A stretch of DNA of 63,226 nt, the filler included, from Octopus bimaculoides (Eukaryota): assembly GCF_001194135.2 (NCBI RefSeq). It is 8 parts of 8 records of this genome, joined end to end, with 100 filler letters (N's around TTAATTAATTAA, not from the genome) between each part and the next. Parts side by side here need not be neighbours in the genome. Positions count along the whole stretch, not along the records: positions 1 to 17,269 come from NC_068982.1; 7 more parts are not named here. One strand, given 5' to 3'. Below the pieces are notes generated by a model. The model saw only the letters and a list, made by a program, of their open reading frames with translations. It was not told where the DNA came from and made no database searches. Shown piece by piece: positions 1-10,788 of the stretch; the first letter of the stretch is position 1, and the number at the start of each line of letters is the position of its first letter. The position numbers and the translations under genes are program-made.

Positions 1-17
1 ATATACTTTTATATATA

Positions 18-560
18 CAGGGTGTCCCAAAAAGATGTACTCACTCTTTGACTTCCCAGTACTCATGCATTTTGTGTTCAAGTAGATGTTTATTGATATA
101 CATACAATCCTAAAAAGTTAAATTAAATTCAGAAAAATGAATTGTTGTAGAAACGATTATTTATTGTCATTAAGAATTATTTAATGTTCTCTCTCATTCC
201 TGCGTGTTTGCAAATGTTCAAACTGCCTTCCTTCATTTTCCAAACAAAGCTGATAACGTCCAACAATGGATTCAACAACATTACCAAACATTTCATTTGG
301 AATTGCAAGACATTGTATTCGAATTTCATTTTTCAAATCAATTGTCACTAGTTTTGCAGTGTAAACCTTATCTTTGAGATGTCCCCATAAAAAAAATATC
401 CATTAGCGTGAGGTCTGGGGAACGTGCAGGAAAGTCAACACTACCTCTCATCCCAGTTCATTTGTTTAGATTTGTTGCATCGAGGTAAGCCCATACATCA
501 CAAAAAAACAATATATTAGTAACCGTCTGTCAAAGAATGAGTACATTGTTTTGGGACACC

Positions 561-563
<3 letters not shown>
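18..563 (-). mobile_element. Internally deleted Tc1/mariner-type DNA transposon
   Basis: 35-bp TIRs (cagggtgtcccaaaaagatgtactcactctttgac at 18-52; inverted copy ending at 563, 3 mismatches), flanked by TA. The minus strand encodes a frameshifted transposase C-terminus: PARSPDLTLMD / FLWGHLKDKVYTAK...LCLENEGRQFEHL. Confidence 0.9.
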
Positions 564-598
<35 letters not shown>

Positions 599-654
599 TT
601 TTATGTATACACACATACACACACACATATATATATGATATGTGCGTGTGTGTG

Positions 655-875
655 TCTCTATATGTCTTTGTGTTTGTCCACAACTACCACTTGACAACTT
701 GTGTTGGTGTGTTTACATCTCTGTAACTCAGCAGTTATGCAAGAGACTGATAGAATAAATACCAGGCTTAGCAAAAATTAAGTACTAGGGTTGAATAATT
801 TGGCTAAAGAGTTTTTAAGGCAGTGGCCCAGCATTGTCGCAGTCTAATGACTGAAACAAATAAAAGATAAAAGAT
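655..875 (+). mobile_element. SINE-associated 3' module (family C)
   Basis: gtgtttacatc..gtaact..gcagtt..gcaagagac.gatagaataa.taccaggctt recurs at ~1745-1860, ~47175-47350 (minus) and ~51240-51350. Confidence 0.7.
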
Positions 876-997
876 AAATGATTAATCCTTTAGCATTCAG
901 ATTACTTGGTTAAATGTAATGCTTATTTATTCAGATTGTTTGAAATTGACTATGGATTAGCTTGCAGCTTTAAGATTTTGATGATGTGATTGTTTAC

Positions 998-1046
998 TTT
1001 TAGAATCCCATTGTAGAGTAGGTGTGAGAAACTGGACCTGGCCAGT
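998..1046 (-). CDS. Candidate exon of an unidentified gene (TGQVQFLTPTLQWDSK)
   Basis: Strong acceptor tttctattttatatttcag and donor A|gtaaac. In phase with the 4055-4153 candidate. Could instead run on to the TAA at 957-959. No homology recognised. Confidence 0.25.
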
Positions 1047-1111
1047 CTGAAATATAAAATAGAAATTTTGTGCTGGATATGCTTAGTTTGAATGCTAAAG
1101 TGTAAACATAT

Positions 1112-1345
1112 AGAATAAAGATAAATATATAGAATAGAGATAAATATATAGAATAGAGATAAATATATAGAATAAAGATAAATATATAGAATAGAGATAA
1201 ATATATAGAATAGAGATAAATATATAGAATAGAGATAAATATATAAAATAGAGATAAATATATAGAATAGAGATAAATATATAGAATAATGATAAATATA
1301 GAGAGTAAAGATATAAAATAAGGACAAAATATATAGAACAAAGAT
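1112..1345. repeat. 19-bp minisatellite (agaatagagataaatatat), about 12 copies
   Basis: Unit starts at 1112, 1131, 1150 and onward. It explains the ORFs at 950-1416. Confidence 0.9.
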
Positions 1346-1392
1346 AAAAAGTAAAAAAATTCCATGGGCATTGCTGTGTACAGGTGTAGACA

Positions 1393-1550
1393 TAGGTGTG
1401 TGGTTAAGAGGCTCACTTTACAGTTACATGGTTTTGAGTTGGGTCCTATTGTGTGGCACCTTGGGCAGGTATCTTTAACTATAATCCTGGGCTGGCTAAT
1501 GCTATGTGAGTGACTTTGGTTGATGGAAACTATATATCTAATTGGAAAAT
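1393..1550 (+). mobile_element. tRNA-derived SINE family A, old CpG-decayed copy
   Basis: Aligns by eye to the family A copies at 45352-48053 (gtggcaccttgggcaag..ctata..). Similar diverged copies lie at ~4540-4680 and ~14300-14475. Confidence 0.75.
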
Positions 1551-1586
1551 GTGTGTGTGAGTGTGTGTGTATATGTGATTATATTT

Positions 1587-1669
1587 TGTAGTACATCTGA
1601 GCTTGTAGTGCATCTGAATTTGTAGTGAATCTGAGTTTGTAGTGCACCTGAGTTTATAATGCACTTGAG
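1587..1669. repeat. 17-bp tandem repeat (tgtagtgcatctgagtt), about 5 copies
   Basis: Direct reading of the sequence. Confidence 0.8.
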
Positions 1670-1833
1670 AACTGTATATAATAAGTTCATTGTATTTTTA
1701 TAATTTATTCACCTCCCAGTTTATGTTCATTATTATTTATGTGCCCCACTTTCATTTGACAACTGATATTGGTTTGTTTATGTTCCCTTAACTAAGCAGT
1801 TCAGCAAAATAGATCGATAGAATAAGTACCAGA

Positions 1834-1896
1834 CTTTAAAATAAGTATTGGGTTCAATTTTTGCGACTAAAATTGAACCCAATACTTATTTTAAAG
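1834..1896. repeat. Perfect 28-bp inverted repeat with a 7-nt loop
   Basis: ctttaaaataagtattgggttcaatttt (1834-1861) and aaaattgaacccaatacttattttaaag (1869-1896). Confidence 0.95.
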
Positions 1897-1904
1897 GAAT
1901 TTGT

Positions 1905-2390
1905 TGTCTTTGATCAATAAGTGTTATTTCCTATTTGCTTTTATCTAGAAATCAAAGGAAATTACTATTATTTCCTTCAAACTTTACTGTTGTGACCTGG
2001 ACATCAATGTTTTGAAACTGACCTATTTTCCATTATATTTCAGACAGATTGAGTGCTGAGTTGCTGAAGCAGAAATATCGTTATAGCAAATATTCTGCTC
2101 AATACCACAGATTAGCTTGTTAGCTGCTTGACCGTAACCACTTGAGAATTCCCTTAGTAGCTGACAATATGTGCATCTCTGATCATGAGCAGGAGTAGTG
2201 GGGGAGCATCATAGCTTTGTGTTGAGAAGGATTCTTTGGAGTTTGAATAAATGCAACAAAGTAAAGTTTGAAGGAAATGTAAGCCATTTTTCATACTTTC
2301 TGGGGGTAAGCAAATAAGAAATAACAGTTGCTACCCAAGGACAAAAATCATATTACACAGTGTTATCTATTGCCATGATGTGTAATCAAA
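1905..2390 (+). repeat. Unclassified interspersed repeat, copy 1 (copy 2 at 37380-37970)
   Basis: Colinear similarity with 37380-37970, for example the shared gtgcatctctgatcatgagcaggagtagtgg. Confidence 0.9.
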
Positions 2391-3705
2391 TGCACTGAAT
2401 AAATTATAAATCAATGTCTTAACAATGCTTTCATAGGCAGAAGAAAAGTAAGATTGTTATGATATTGGTTTGCAGTTGTACAGTATGACTGATCACAGAC
2501 TGTAGTAATGGAAGGCTAAAACTTGGACAACTTACATAGATATACTCAAGCATATATTTCTATTAAAGTAGAATTATTACCACTTTGAATAGAATACATC
2601 ACATTATTTGTTCTGATGCTCAGCATTCTGAGTTCAAATTCAGCTAAGATCAACTTTGCTCTTCATCCCTTCAGGTTTGATAAAAAAAAAATGTACCAAT
2701 CCAGGATAATGGATTAGTAAAACTGTTAATGAATTGCTCCAAAAGATTTGTACTCATGTGTATTGTTTGGCTTGGTTTCTACTGTTGGATGTCTTTTCTA
2801 TGGTCAACCACTTTATAGAGGGTACTGAGTGCATTATTTCAAGGTCCTGACACTAGAGTACTCAGTAACCTAAGGTGTGTAGAGTGAAAAAGGGAATAGC
2901 AGAGAGAGCAATGACTACAGAAAGGCCAGAAGTGGGTAGTAGAGAGAAGGGTGAATAGATATATAAATGTAGAGAGTACAGAATAGTCAAGGGCATGTAT
3001 ATTTGCTCTAGTGGCCTGAAAGGAAAATAGGAGAGAGAGAGGGTTAAAGAAAGTATGACATCAGAAGGGCCAGAATGAGTGATAGAGTGGAAGGAACAAC
3101 AGTATGATGGGAATGGTAAGAATATTTGAGAGCAGACTTGGTAGAAGAGTGATTAACAACAATAGAGGTGAACATAGGTAAAGATGGCTGAGGAGATACA
3201 GCCATTTATCACTTAGACAATGGAAACAATGTCATATTTCTTTCATTATTCTTCTAGTTATGATCCTCTTGGCTGAAGTGAACATTTCAAACCAAATTAA
3301 AGTTAAGGAAACTTGTTGTAATGATCTTTGTCTGCAACTAAAGACTTCAAAATTGGTATAAATTGGTTTGGGTAAAACCAGTCATTGGAGAATCCACTAA
3401 ACCATGATCATATTGTGTTCTTTGCATGTAATATCTTGTCCTACTTTACAGAATAACATGATTAGATCAAGCTCTTGTACCAAAACAAGTTCTTATCAGA
3501 AAAAAAATAGAGCATTTTGGTCTGCTCTATTAAGGTCATCAGACAGAAAATATTTGGGCATTATTAGCTGACATTATTCAAAATTAAAATCAAATAAATA
3601 TTTAAAATAGTTTTTATACAAAATAACAGAACATCACTTAAATTATAAAATTTACACAAAAGTGAAAGCAAATATAAATAATATACTTAGATATAAACAT
3701 AAATA

Positions 3706-3969
3706 CAGTAATCCCTCAATTATCGCAGGTGTTACATTCCAAACCCTCCTACAGAAACAATTAAAATCTAAAAAAATATAAGTACCTATCGACCACAGAA
3801 ACATGTGATATAGTGAGGGGTCCTGATATAAATTTCCATATATTAGCCAGAAAATCTGCGATGTACTGAGTGTGCAATAGGTGAACCATGATGTACTGAG
3901 TGCGCGATAGGTGGACCGCGATATACTGAGTGCATAATAGGTAAACTGCAATATGGCGAGGGATTATTG
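3706..3969. mobile_element. pogo/Tigger-like MITE
   Basis: TA flanks and TIRs cagtaatccctc / gagggattattg. Contains three internal 30-bp repeats at 3858-3947. Confidence 0.8.
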
Positions 3970-4054
3970 TAAAGTACTTTCAACCATTGCATTAGACAAT
4001 TTCCGATTTATAAATATGCTTTATATAAATATTTATGTAAAAATATGAGATTAC

Positions 4055-4153
4055 CTTAAAGAGATATGATTCTTTGTTCCAATCTTGAACTTCGAAGACT
4101 TCTTCATACACTGGATCCACAGTGATGACACATTTGTCCAAATAAAGAGGATC
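4055..4153 (-). CDS. Candidate 99-nt phase-0 exon (DPLYLDKCVITVDPVYEEVFEVQDWNKESYLFK), gene unidentified
   Basis: Boundaries aag|GAT...AAG|gtaatc, open frame, G-rich first codon positions. A competing plus-strand exon (4062-4121) overlaps it. Confidence 0.4.
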
Positions 4154-5924
4154 CTTTGGGTTAATTAAAAATAAAATGAGATTTAAACAACGTGAAGAGA
4201 AGAATCAAATTCAATGAAGAAGGAAAACAAAATAGATTTCTTAAATAGTCAAATAAAATCTAGTTAACTTATACAAACACACACACACTGTCTACCTGAG
4301 CCCTATTTATTTGATGACTGTGAATCTTTTGAATTTTTGTTGCTTCCCCTATAAACCAATGGTATAGCTAGAGTATGTTCTCTCTGGAGTAGACCTAGAG
4401 TTTGCCATCCAAAGGCTAACATAGACTGTACAGGCTTATACAGAAGACTTAAAAATACCACCCCATTAAAACATTGCTCCGGATGAACTGCACCTACGCA
4501 CTTCCCTGCCATTAGACTACTGCAACAAGTTAGTACAAGCATGGTTGTGTCATTAAGAAGTTTGTTTCACAATCAGCTAGTTCCAGTTTCAATTCCAATG
4601 TGCAACACCTTATGCAAAAGTTTTCTCCTTAAGATTGACTCAAGCTTTGTGGGGGGGAATTAGGTGCAGGGAAAATGTACAGAAACCTATAGCTCCTTTT
4701 CTGTCACCAGTTTTAGTTGCCTAACACTAGCCATTAAGTAGACTAAGTTTTATGATGTTTTGGAGCTTATCTCAGTTTGCCTGGTGTGATTAAGTGATTG
4801 AATTAGCATTTTTCTCTCCATAGAGAATTCCCTGTCAGTTTCAGATTGTTGGAAGTGAAGAAAACACAGAGTCAAGCAACACAGAATTGAATAAGAATAA
4901 GAGTAAAATAAAACAAGGCTGGCTCATAGGCCCAAAGAAATTATGCCCCTTTTCATCCATGAGATGTTACACCACCACAATGACGCCAACGCCAATGCCA
5001 ATGTCACTAATGCTGACAACAACACCACATTTCCCTGTTATGGCTATTTATATCCTTTCAGTAAGTGTCCATAGTGCACTTGGATGCAAATAGCCACAAT
5101 GACAAAATATGCATAGGGAACAAATGGCATCAACTGTATTATGTATTTATCATGCTTTTTCCTACATTTGCTCTGCATACCACAACCAGCAATACAGCTG
5201 AGTACAATATTCCTGCCAATTACACTTTACTGGAAGTAGACTAGATGATGGTATTCTACATGGAGCTCAAAATTCACCATTAGTAGTTGTATGCCTAACT
5301 GTTCACACAGAAAATACTACGTATGTATGATGTACTAGCGTAGCTAGAGCATATGTCACCCCAGGTGGCCCTTCCATTTGCAGCCCCTAGACCCCACAAA
5401 AAACACATATCGCTTACAGCAGACCCAAAAGTGCTGCTCCATTAAAAGTGCCACCGGGGTGGACTGCCCCTACCACCCAGCTATGCTAGTGTATGTATGT
5501 AGTATATTACTCCATCTTTGGTTTGAGTACTATTTTTTTCTGCCTTGTTTTGCATTATTATAAGGGACAGAAGATTGACTTGTATTGAAACATGCATGTG
5601 AGGGGTGAATTAGCATAAATGGGTCTATTACCAATAAATCCATGATGGTTACTAAAATATTATTACAAAAGTATTAGTATAAATTTTCTTTATATTTGAT
5701 CTATTCGATCATCAGCATCATCGTTTAACATCTACTCTTCCATAGTTACATGAGTCAAATGGAATTTGTTGAAGTAGGGTTGGTTTTTTTACAACCAGAT
5801 GCCTTTCCTGTCACCAACCCTCACCTGTTTCCAAGCAAAGTTATATTTCCTCATGGCTGGACATTTTTCCAAGGAAGATTGGAAATGATGGACACCTCTG
5901 TATGAGTGACACACACATACACAC

Positions 5925-6660
5925 GCACAACAACTTGGAAAATTTCCTAAACTTGGAAAATGGGTGCCTCATGAATTGTTCAAAAGCAACAGCAAATCCC
6001 AAGACATCTGCTCTTCTCTCCATTCTCGCGAATTCATTTCACCCTTTTTAGATAGACTTGTGACTGGCGACGAAAAATGGATCTTCTATCAAAATGTTAA
6101 ACGTCGTAAACAGTAGCTTGGTAAAAGGGAAAAAACTCAACCACAACCGAGAAGGGAACTTCAGGGGGAAAAGGTTCTTCTCTCTATCTGGTGGGATTGC
6201 AAAGGAGTAATTCACTTTGAATTGTTACCACCTAATACAACAATCAATGCTCAAGTCTACTGTCAGCAATTAGAGCGTTTGAACCAAGCTTTGTGAATCG
6301 AAAAAGGAGTGATGTTTCATCAGGACAATGCACAACCCCACACTTCAAAGATCACATTACAGAAGATCGAAGAGCTTGATTGGGAAAAAATTCCTCATCC
6401 ACCTTATTCTCCCGACCTTGCTCCTTCAGACTACCATTTGTTTCGTAGTTTACAGAGGAGTTTGAAACTGACATTTCAGAGTTCTTCACTTTGAAACCAA
6501 AAGTGTTTTACATTGATGGGATTAAAAAGCTTGTAAATAGATGGAAGGAAGTCATCGTTTATCAGAGAAAGTACATTGATTAAATTTCAATTAAATATAA
6601 CATTTGATCACTTGTTTTCTTTCTTCAAAATTCGGACAGAATTTATGGGATGACCTGATA
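5925..6660 (+). mobile_element. mariner (DD34D-type) transposon remnant, 5'-truncated
   Basis: Motifs WVPHEL, LVTGDEKWIFYQN, SIWWDCKGVIHFELLPP, FHQDNAQPH and HPPYSPDLAPSDYHLFRSLQ, with stops and frameshifts. A TIR-like right end lies near 6660. Confidence 0.95.
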
Positions 6661-7757
6661 TAAAGAGAAAATTTTGTATGTTGTTAAATCGTTGGTGTAA
6701 CCATTATGTTCTTGTGATGTGATGAGCTAACTTTCTTTATTTGCATTAATTTGTGAATAAATCAGGGAATCATACTAAAATAAAAATACAAATAATGATA
6801 TAAATTATATAACCAACAAAGGATAAAGATAGTGATCAGTACCTAATAATCAATAAATTTAAAATTGAAAGCAAAAAAACAAACAAAAAAAATTCAAAAT
6901 ACAAAATAGAAGATAATGAAAATGCAGTAAATTTTAAAGATTAAGTCTAAAGTCTAAATTGAAAAATAAAATATCAGATAATAAACACAGTGTGGAAGTA
7001 TCAGAATAAAATAGCTAAAAAGCTGAGAACATAATGATAATTTCCAGGGGCAAATTCACAATCATTTGTGACCAATGGAAACAATTTGAGATTGTATGTT
7101 TTGCTAAGTCCAACACATTTAGTGACCTTCAGATTAAAACTGTGCCAAGGAGACATATAGAAACAGACACTAATATCAACACACACACACATATACATTT
7201 ACTAGTGAAAACATATGCGGCTTCTCAGCACACACAATATATGTACACTATAAAAGACTATTTATGCACGTCATGTATAGCTTTGTTTATATACACAGTT
7301 CAGTACTTTAATAATATAAACAAACATGAAAAGTTGCTATAAACAGATAATTCAGCCATGGTAACTGGGTATATTTGTGTGAAGAAAATGGCATCACTAA
7401 AATTTAATCAAGTTTTCAAATATTTTATTTACCTACATTGTTTAAATTTACAACTATATATTAACTAAATTAATGAAACAACCTTCATTAAACATAACAG
7501 TTTTCTGTAATATAACATGCAAGATGATATAATGAAAGCAGTGCATAGTCTTTGAAGATGAAACAAGCAGAAGGAATTTAAATTACTGCATATAATTAAT
7601 GTGTGTTATGACATAAGACTGTTACATGAGAAAAATGAAAGAGGCGGGGAGATCAACTCACTGAGATAAGTGACATAGATTTCTTGAGATAGCTGAGTGG
7701 CTTTCTCATCTGAGATTGAATTTGCCTGCTTTTTATAACTGTAAGCTATTCTTTTAG

Positions 7758-7812
7758 AACCTTTGGCAGGAAAGCTTGCATACTTCATTTGAAGATTGCC
7801 ATTTTGACCACA
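7758..7812 (+). CDS. Candidate exon (NLWQESLHTSFEDCHFDH), gene and strand unresolved
   Basis: Acceptor ctattcttttag and donor CA|gtaagt. Overlaps a minus-strand candidate at 7784-7840 (LDQLVLADLLWSKWQSSNE). Confidence 0.3.
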
Positions 7813-8493
7813 GTAAGTCAGCCAGTACCAGCTGGTCAAGCTACATTCCCATAGAGATGTTGATACATTTTATGGTAACCCATTTCCTTTTATGGAGACA
7901 CATTAGGTCATGGTTCTGAACTGGGAAAATCTAAGACCTATAGTTCAAAACAATAATTATAACAATATAAAATATGGAGACTTATTCATCCTCAAAATTT
8001 GTTTCCTTCTATTTTACAAGTTCATACAGCATATTCTTATAGTTATTACAACCTACATGTGTTTCCATTGCACAGAGTATGGGCAGGTGCACATGCAACC
8101 AGGCATAACTTTCTATGCAACTTTATTCAGGGTCTGTCCACCAGCTAGTTTTGAAATGAACTAAATATAGTTTGTTGGTTAGGATTCAAGGGAAGTGAGG
8201 GGAGGCTGTTTTGAATGTTAAATCTGATCAGCAAGAAGGAATGTCAGTTAACTTGCAAATTTGCAGAGGTAAGATGGAATCCTTATTTCACTTAGTTTTT
8301 TACAAACATGCCTGTGAAAATATAGTGTTTATTTTTGTGGCTTCAGAGTATTTGACTCGTATTTTTAGCAAAGCTGGTGTTTTTAATAACAGCACCCTTG
8401 TTATACATAATTCTTTTATATATATATATGTATTAATTTTACCTATATGGTCTTAGCTTGCAGCCACTAACATGTCTCATGAGTGTTAATATT

Positions 8494-8530
<37 letters not shown>

Positions 8531-8531
<1 letters not shown>

Positions 8532-8692
8532 GATAGACTTCTTTCAGTTTCCATCTAGCAAATCCACTCACAAGGCTTTGGTCAGGCTACGGCTATAGTA
8601 GAAGACACTTGCCCAAGGTGCCACACAGTAGGACTGAACCCGGAACCATATGGTTGGGAAGCAAGCTTCTTACTACACAGCCACACCCGCAC
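8531..8692 (-). mobile_element. tRNA-derived SINE family A
   Basis: The reverse complement reads gtggctgtgtagtaagaagcttgcttcccaaccatatggttccgggttcagtcc, with A/B-box-like motifs and a (TA)n tail. Confidence 0.9.
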
Positions 8693-9399
8693 CATATATT
8701 TATATACTATTAAAAGTGGAGTTCAATCTTGTTTGCTTGCTTGCAATGTTACACAGCCAATCTGACGCGTAACAGGAGAAAACTTTGAAAGTAAAGTGTT
8801 CCTGAAATGTGAATATGAATGGAATAAAACAAGTTTCACGTAAATTGGGCCAGTAGTTATTAAGATATTCAGAGTTTTGGGGTATAAATACCCAAAACGG
8901 TGCATAATGGGAAAATACTCCGAAAATAACTTCACCCTGAAAGGGAAGAAACTCTAACCTTTCCATTAGACACATTATGATAGGCAAAATATTTTAAAGT
9001 GAAAATGACTTTAAAACATTAGGCTGAGATTACCTTCATGAGATAAACATTACATTGCCACCTGGAATTTCTGAGTCTGCTACAACACAATGATGAGTCC
9101 AACTCAATAAGAAAAGTCAGTAGTAAAAAATAAAAACCAACAGAAAAAAAAAATCAAGGAAGTAAGTTTAGTGAACCAATGAGCAATAAAGCAAAGGAGC
9201 AAGTGTGGTTTAGAGTTGAGGAGTAGAAAGAAAAGGAGAAAGAGAAGGAAAGAAAGAAGAAAAAAAGGAAAAGGACTGTTATCATTATAGAGACAGTATT
9301 GTGGTTATAAAAATCTATTCAAGAGACATGAAGACAGATCTTTGGCTGACTGTTAGAATGCTGTCATCTAAATTAATGGGTAAAGGGGTAGTAGAGGTA

Positions 9400-9760
9400 G
9401 GAGGACCAGAAGCTTGAGGTATTTCAGATTGCAAGACAGTGTGTCAGTGAAAATTATTATGTTGTAGGAGAGAAGTGCATTGCTTGTATGTTTCACTTGC
9501 AGTTAGTGACTCTGCAAAGAAAGAGTCTTGGAAGTCCCTCTATAAAAGGCTGCTAAATGTAGAGAATGCATGGGAGAAGTAGAATATGCCTAATGTGGCC
9601 CCAGCTGAGGGACCAGATATTCAAATTGATGGTTGCTTGGTAGATAAAGCAATTAAGGATATGAAGAGAGGGAAAGCCCCTGGCCCATCAAGAATCACCA
9701 CTGAGAAGCTTAAAATATCTGGTAGAATGGAATAAGGCTTGGTCACCGTATAGTTAATGA
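9400..9760 (+). mobile_element. RTE LINE internal fragment
   Basis: Degenerate match to the 12890-13260 region on the opposite strand, including VDKAIKDMKRGKAPGPS. Confidence 0.8.
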
Positions 9761-10788
9761 CCCCCCCCCCTTCACGTCCCCCCCAAAACCCTCACTAATT
9801 CTGAATTGTAGCTTTAACATTTGCCTTTATTTTGTAATTTTTTTGTTACAGCAAGACTCAGTTTAAGAACCACATGGTAGTAAAAAGGTTAAGAACCACT
9901 GCTTTAGTATATATTCTCAAATACTACAGTAGCTGTGTTAAATTAGATTAAATTAGATTAAAGAATTAATTTATATTCTTATAAAGGGAAGAGAAAAGAT
10001 GTCTTATTATGATAGATAAAAAGGTATCATAGGGATACCATGCTGTGAACACTGAAACCTGATAGGATACCTACATATCTTCTGTTTCCATAGACATAAT
10101 GGTAACACAAATCCTTTTTTTATCAGCTTCAATATGACATTTTTCTTCCACTAGTAAATAAAATAGCATGCTATGCTGCATTGAAACATTTACAGAATTG
10201 ATTTGCTTGAGGTTAATCTGAAAACAGCAAATGAAGAGTCACCAGAAACATTTGCAGCATACAGATCTTCGCATGTGATTTGTCTAATGTGATTATTGAA
10301 GTATAAGTAAAGTGAAAGGTTACCTTTCGGTAAGTAAATTAACTTCCCAGTGTTGAAGTATGTATTGCGATTTAATATATTTTGTAGATTTGACAAAGTA
10401 CTATTCATAAGAAGTATATAAATAACAGTTACGCATGATGCGATAGAAGTAATGTGACTCATAACTGATAATAAAAGAAATAATATTATTATAAATTTGC
10501 TTAATCATTCATTGAGCAGCGTGACACTGTGTCTGTGGATTAAAACTATTCTCTGCAAAGAAATGGATACTATTTTTGATATTTATACATTGCAACTGTG
10601 TCGTCTACAAATATACCAACCATAAACATGTGTAAGTGTACAATATATAATGCAATAAAAATTTATACACCAAAACCCAAGTAGCATAGTGGGCAGAGAC
10701 AACAATAACAACAGGATTTCTTACTTAGTACGCAGGATAAACTAATTCTCTAATCTATTTTAACACTGTTGTTATGATGGTTTATATA

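Noticed and set aside
950-1416. 147-aa and 138-aa hydrophobic ORFs
   Set aside because: They are produced by the 19-bp minisatellite.
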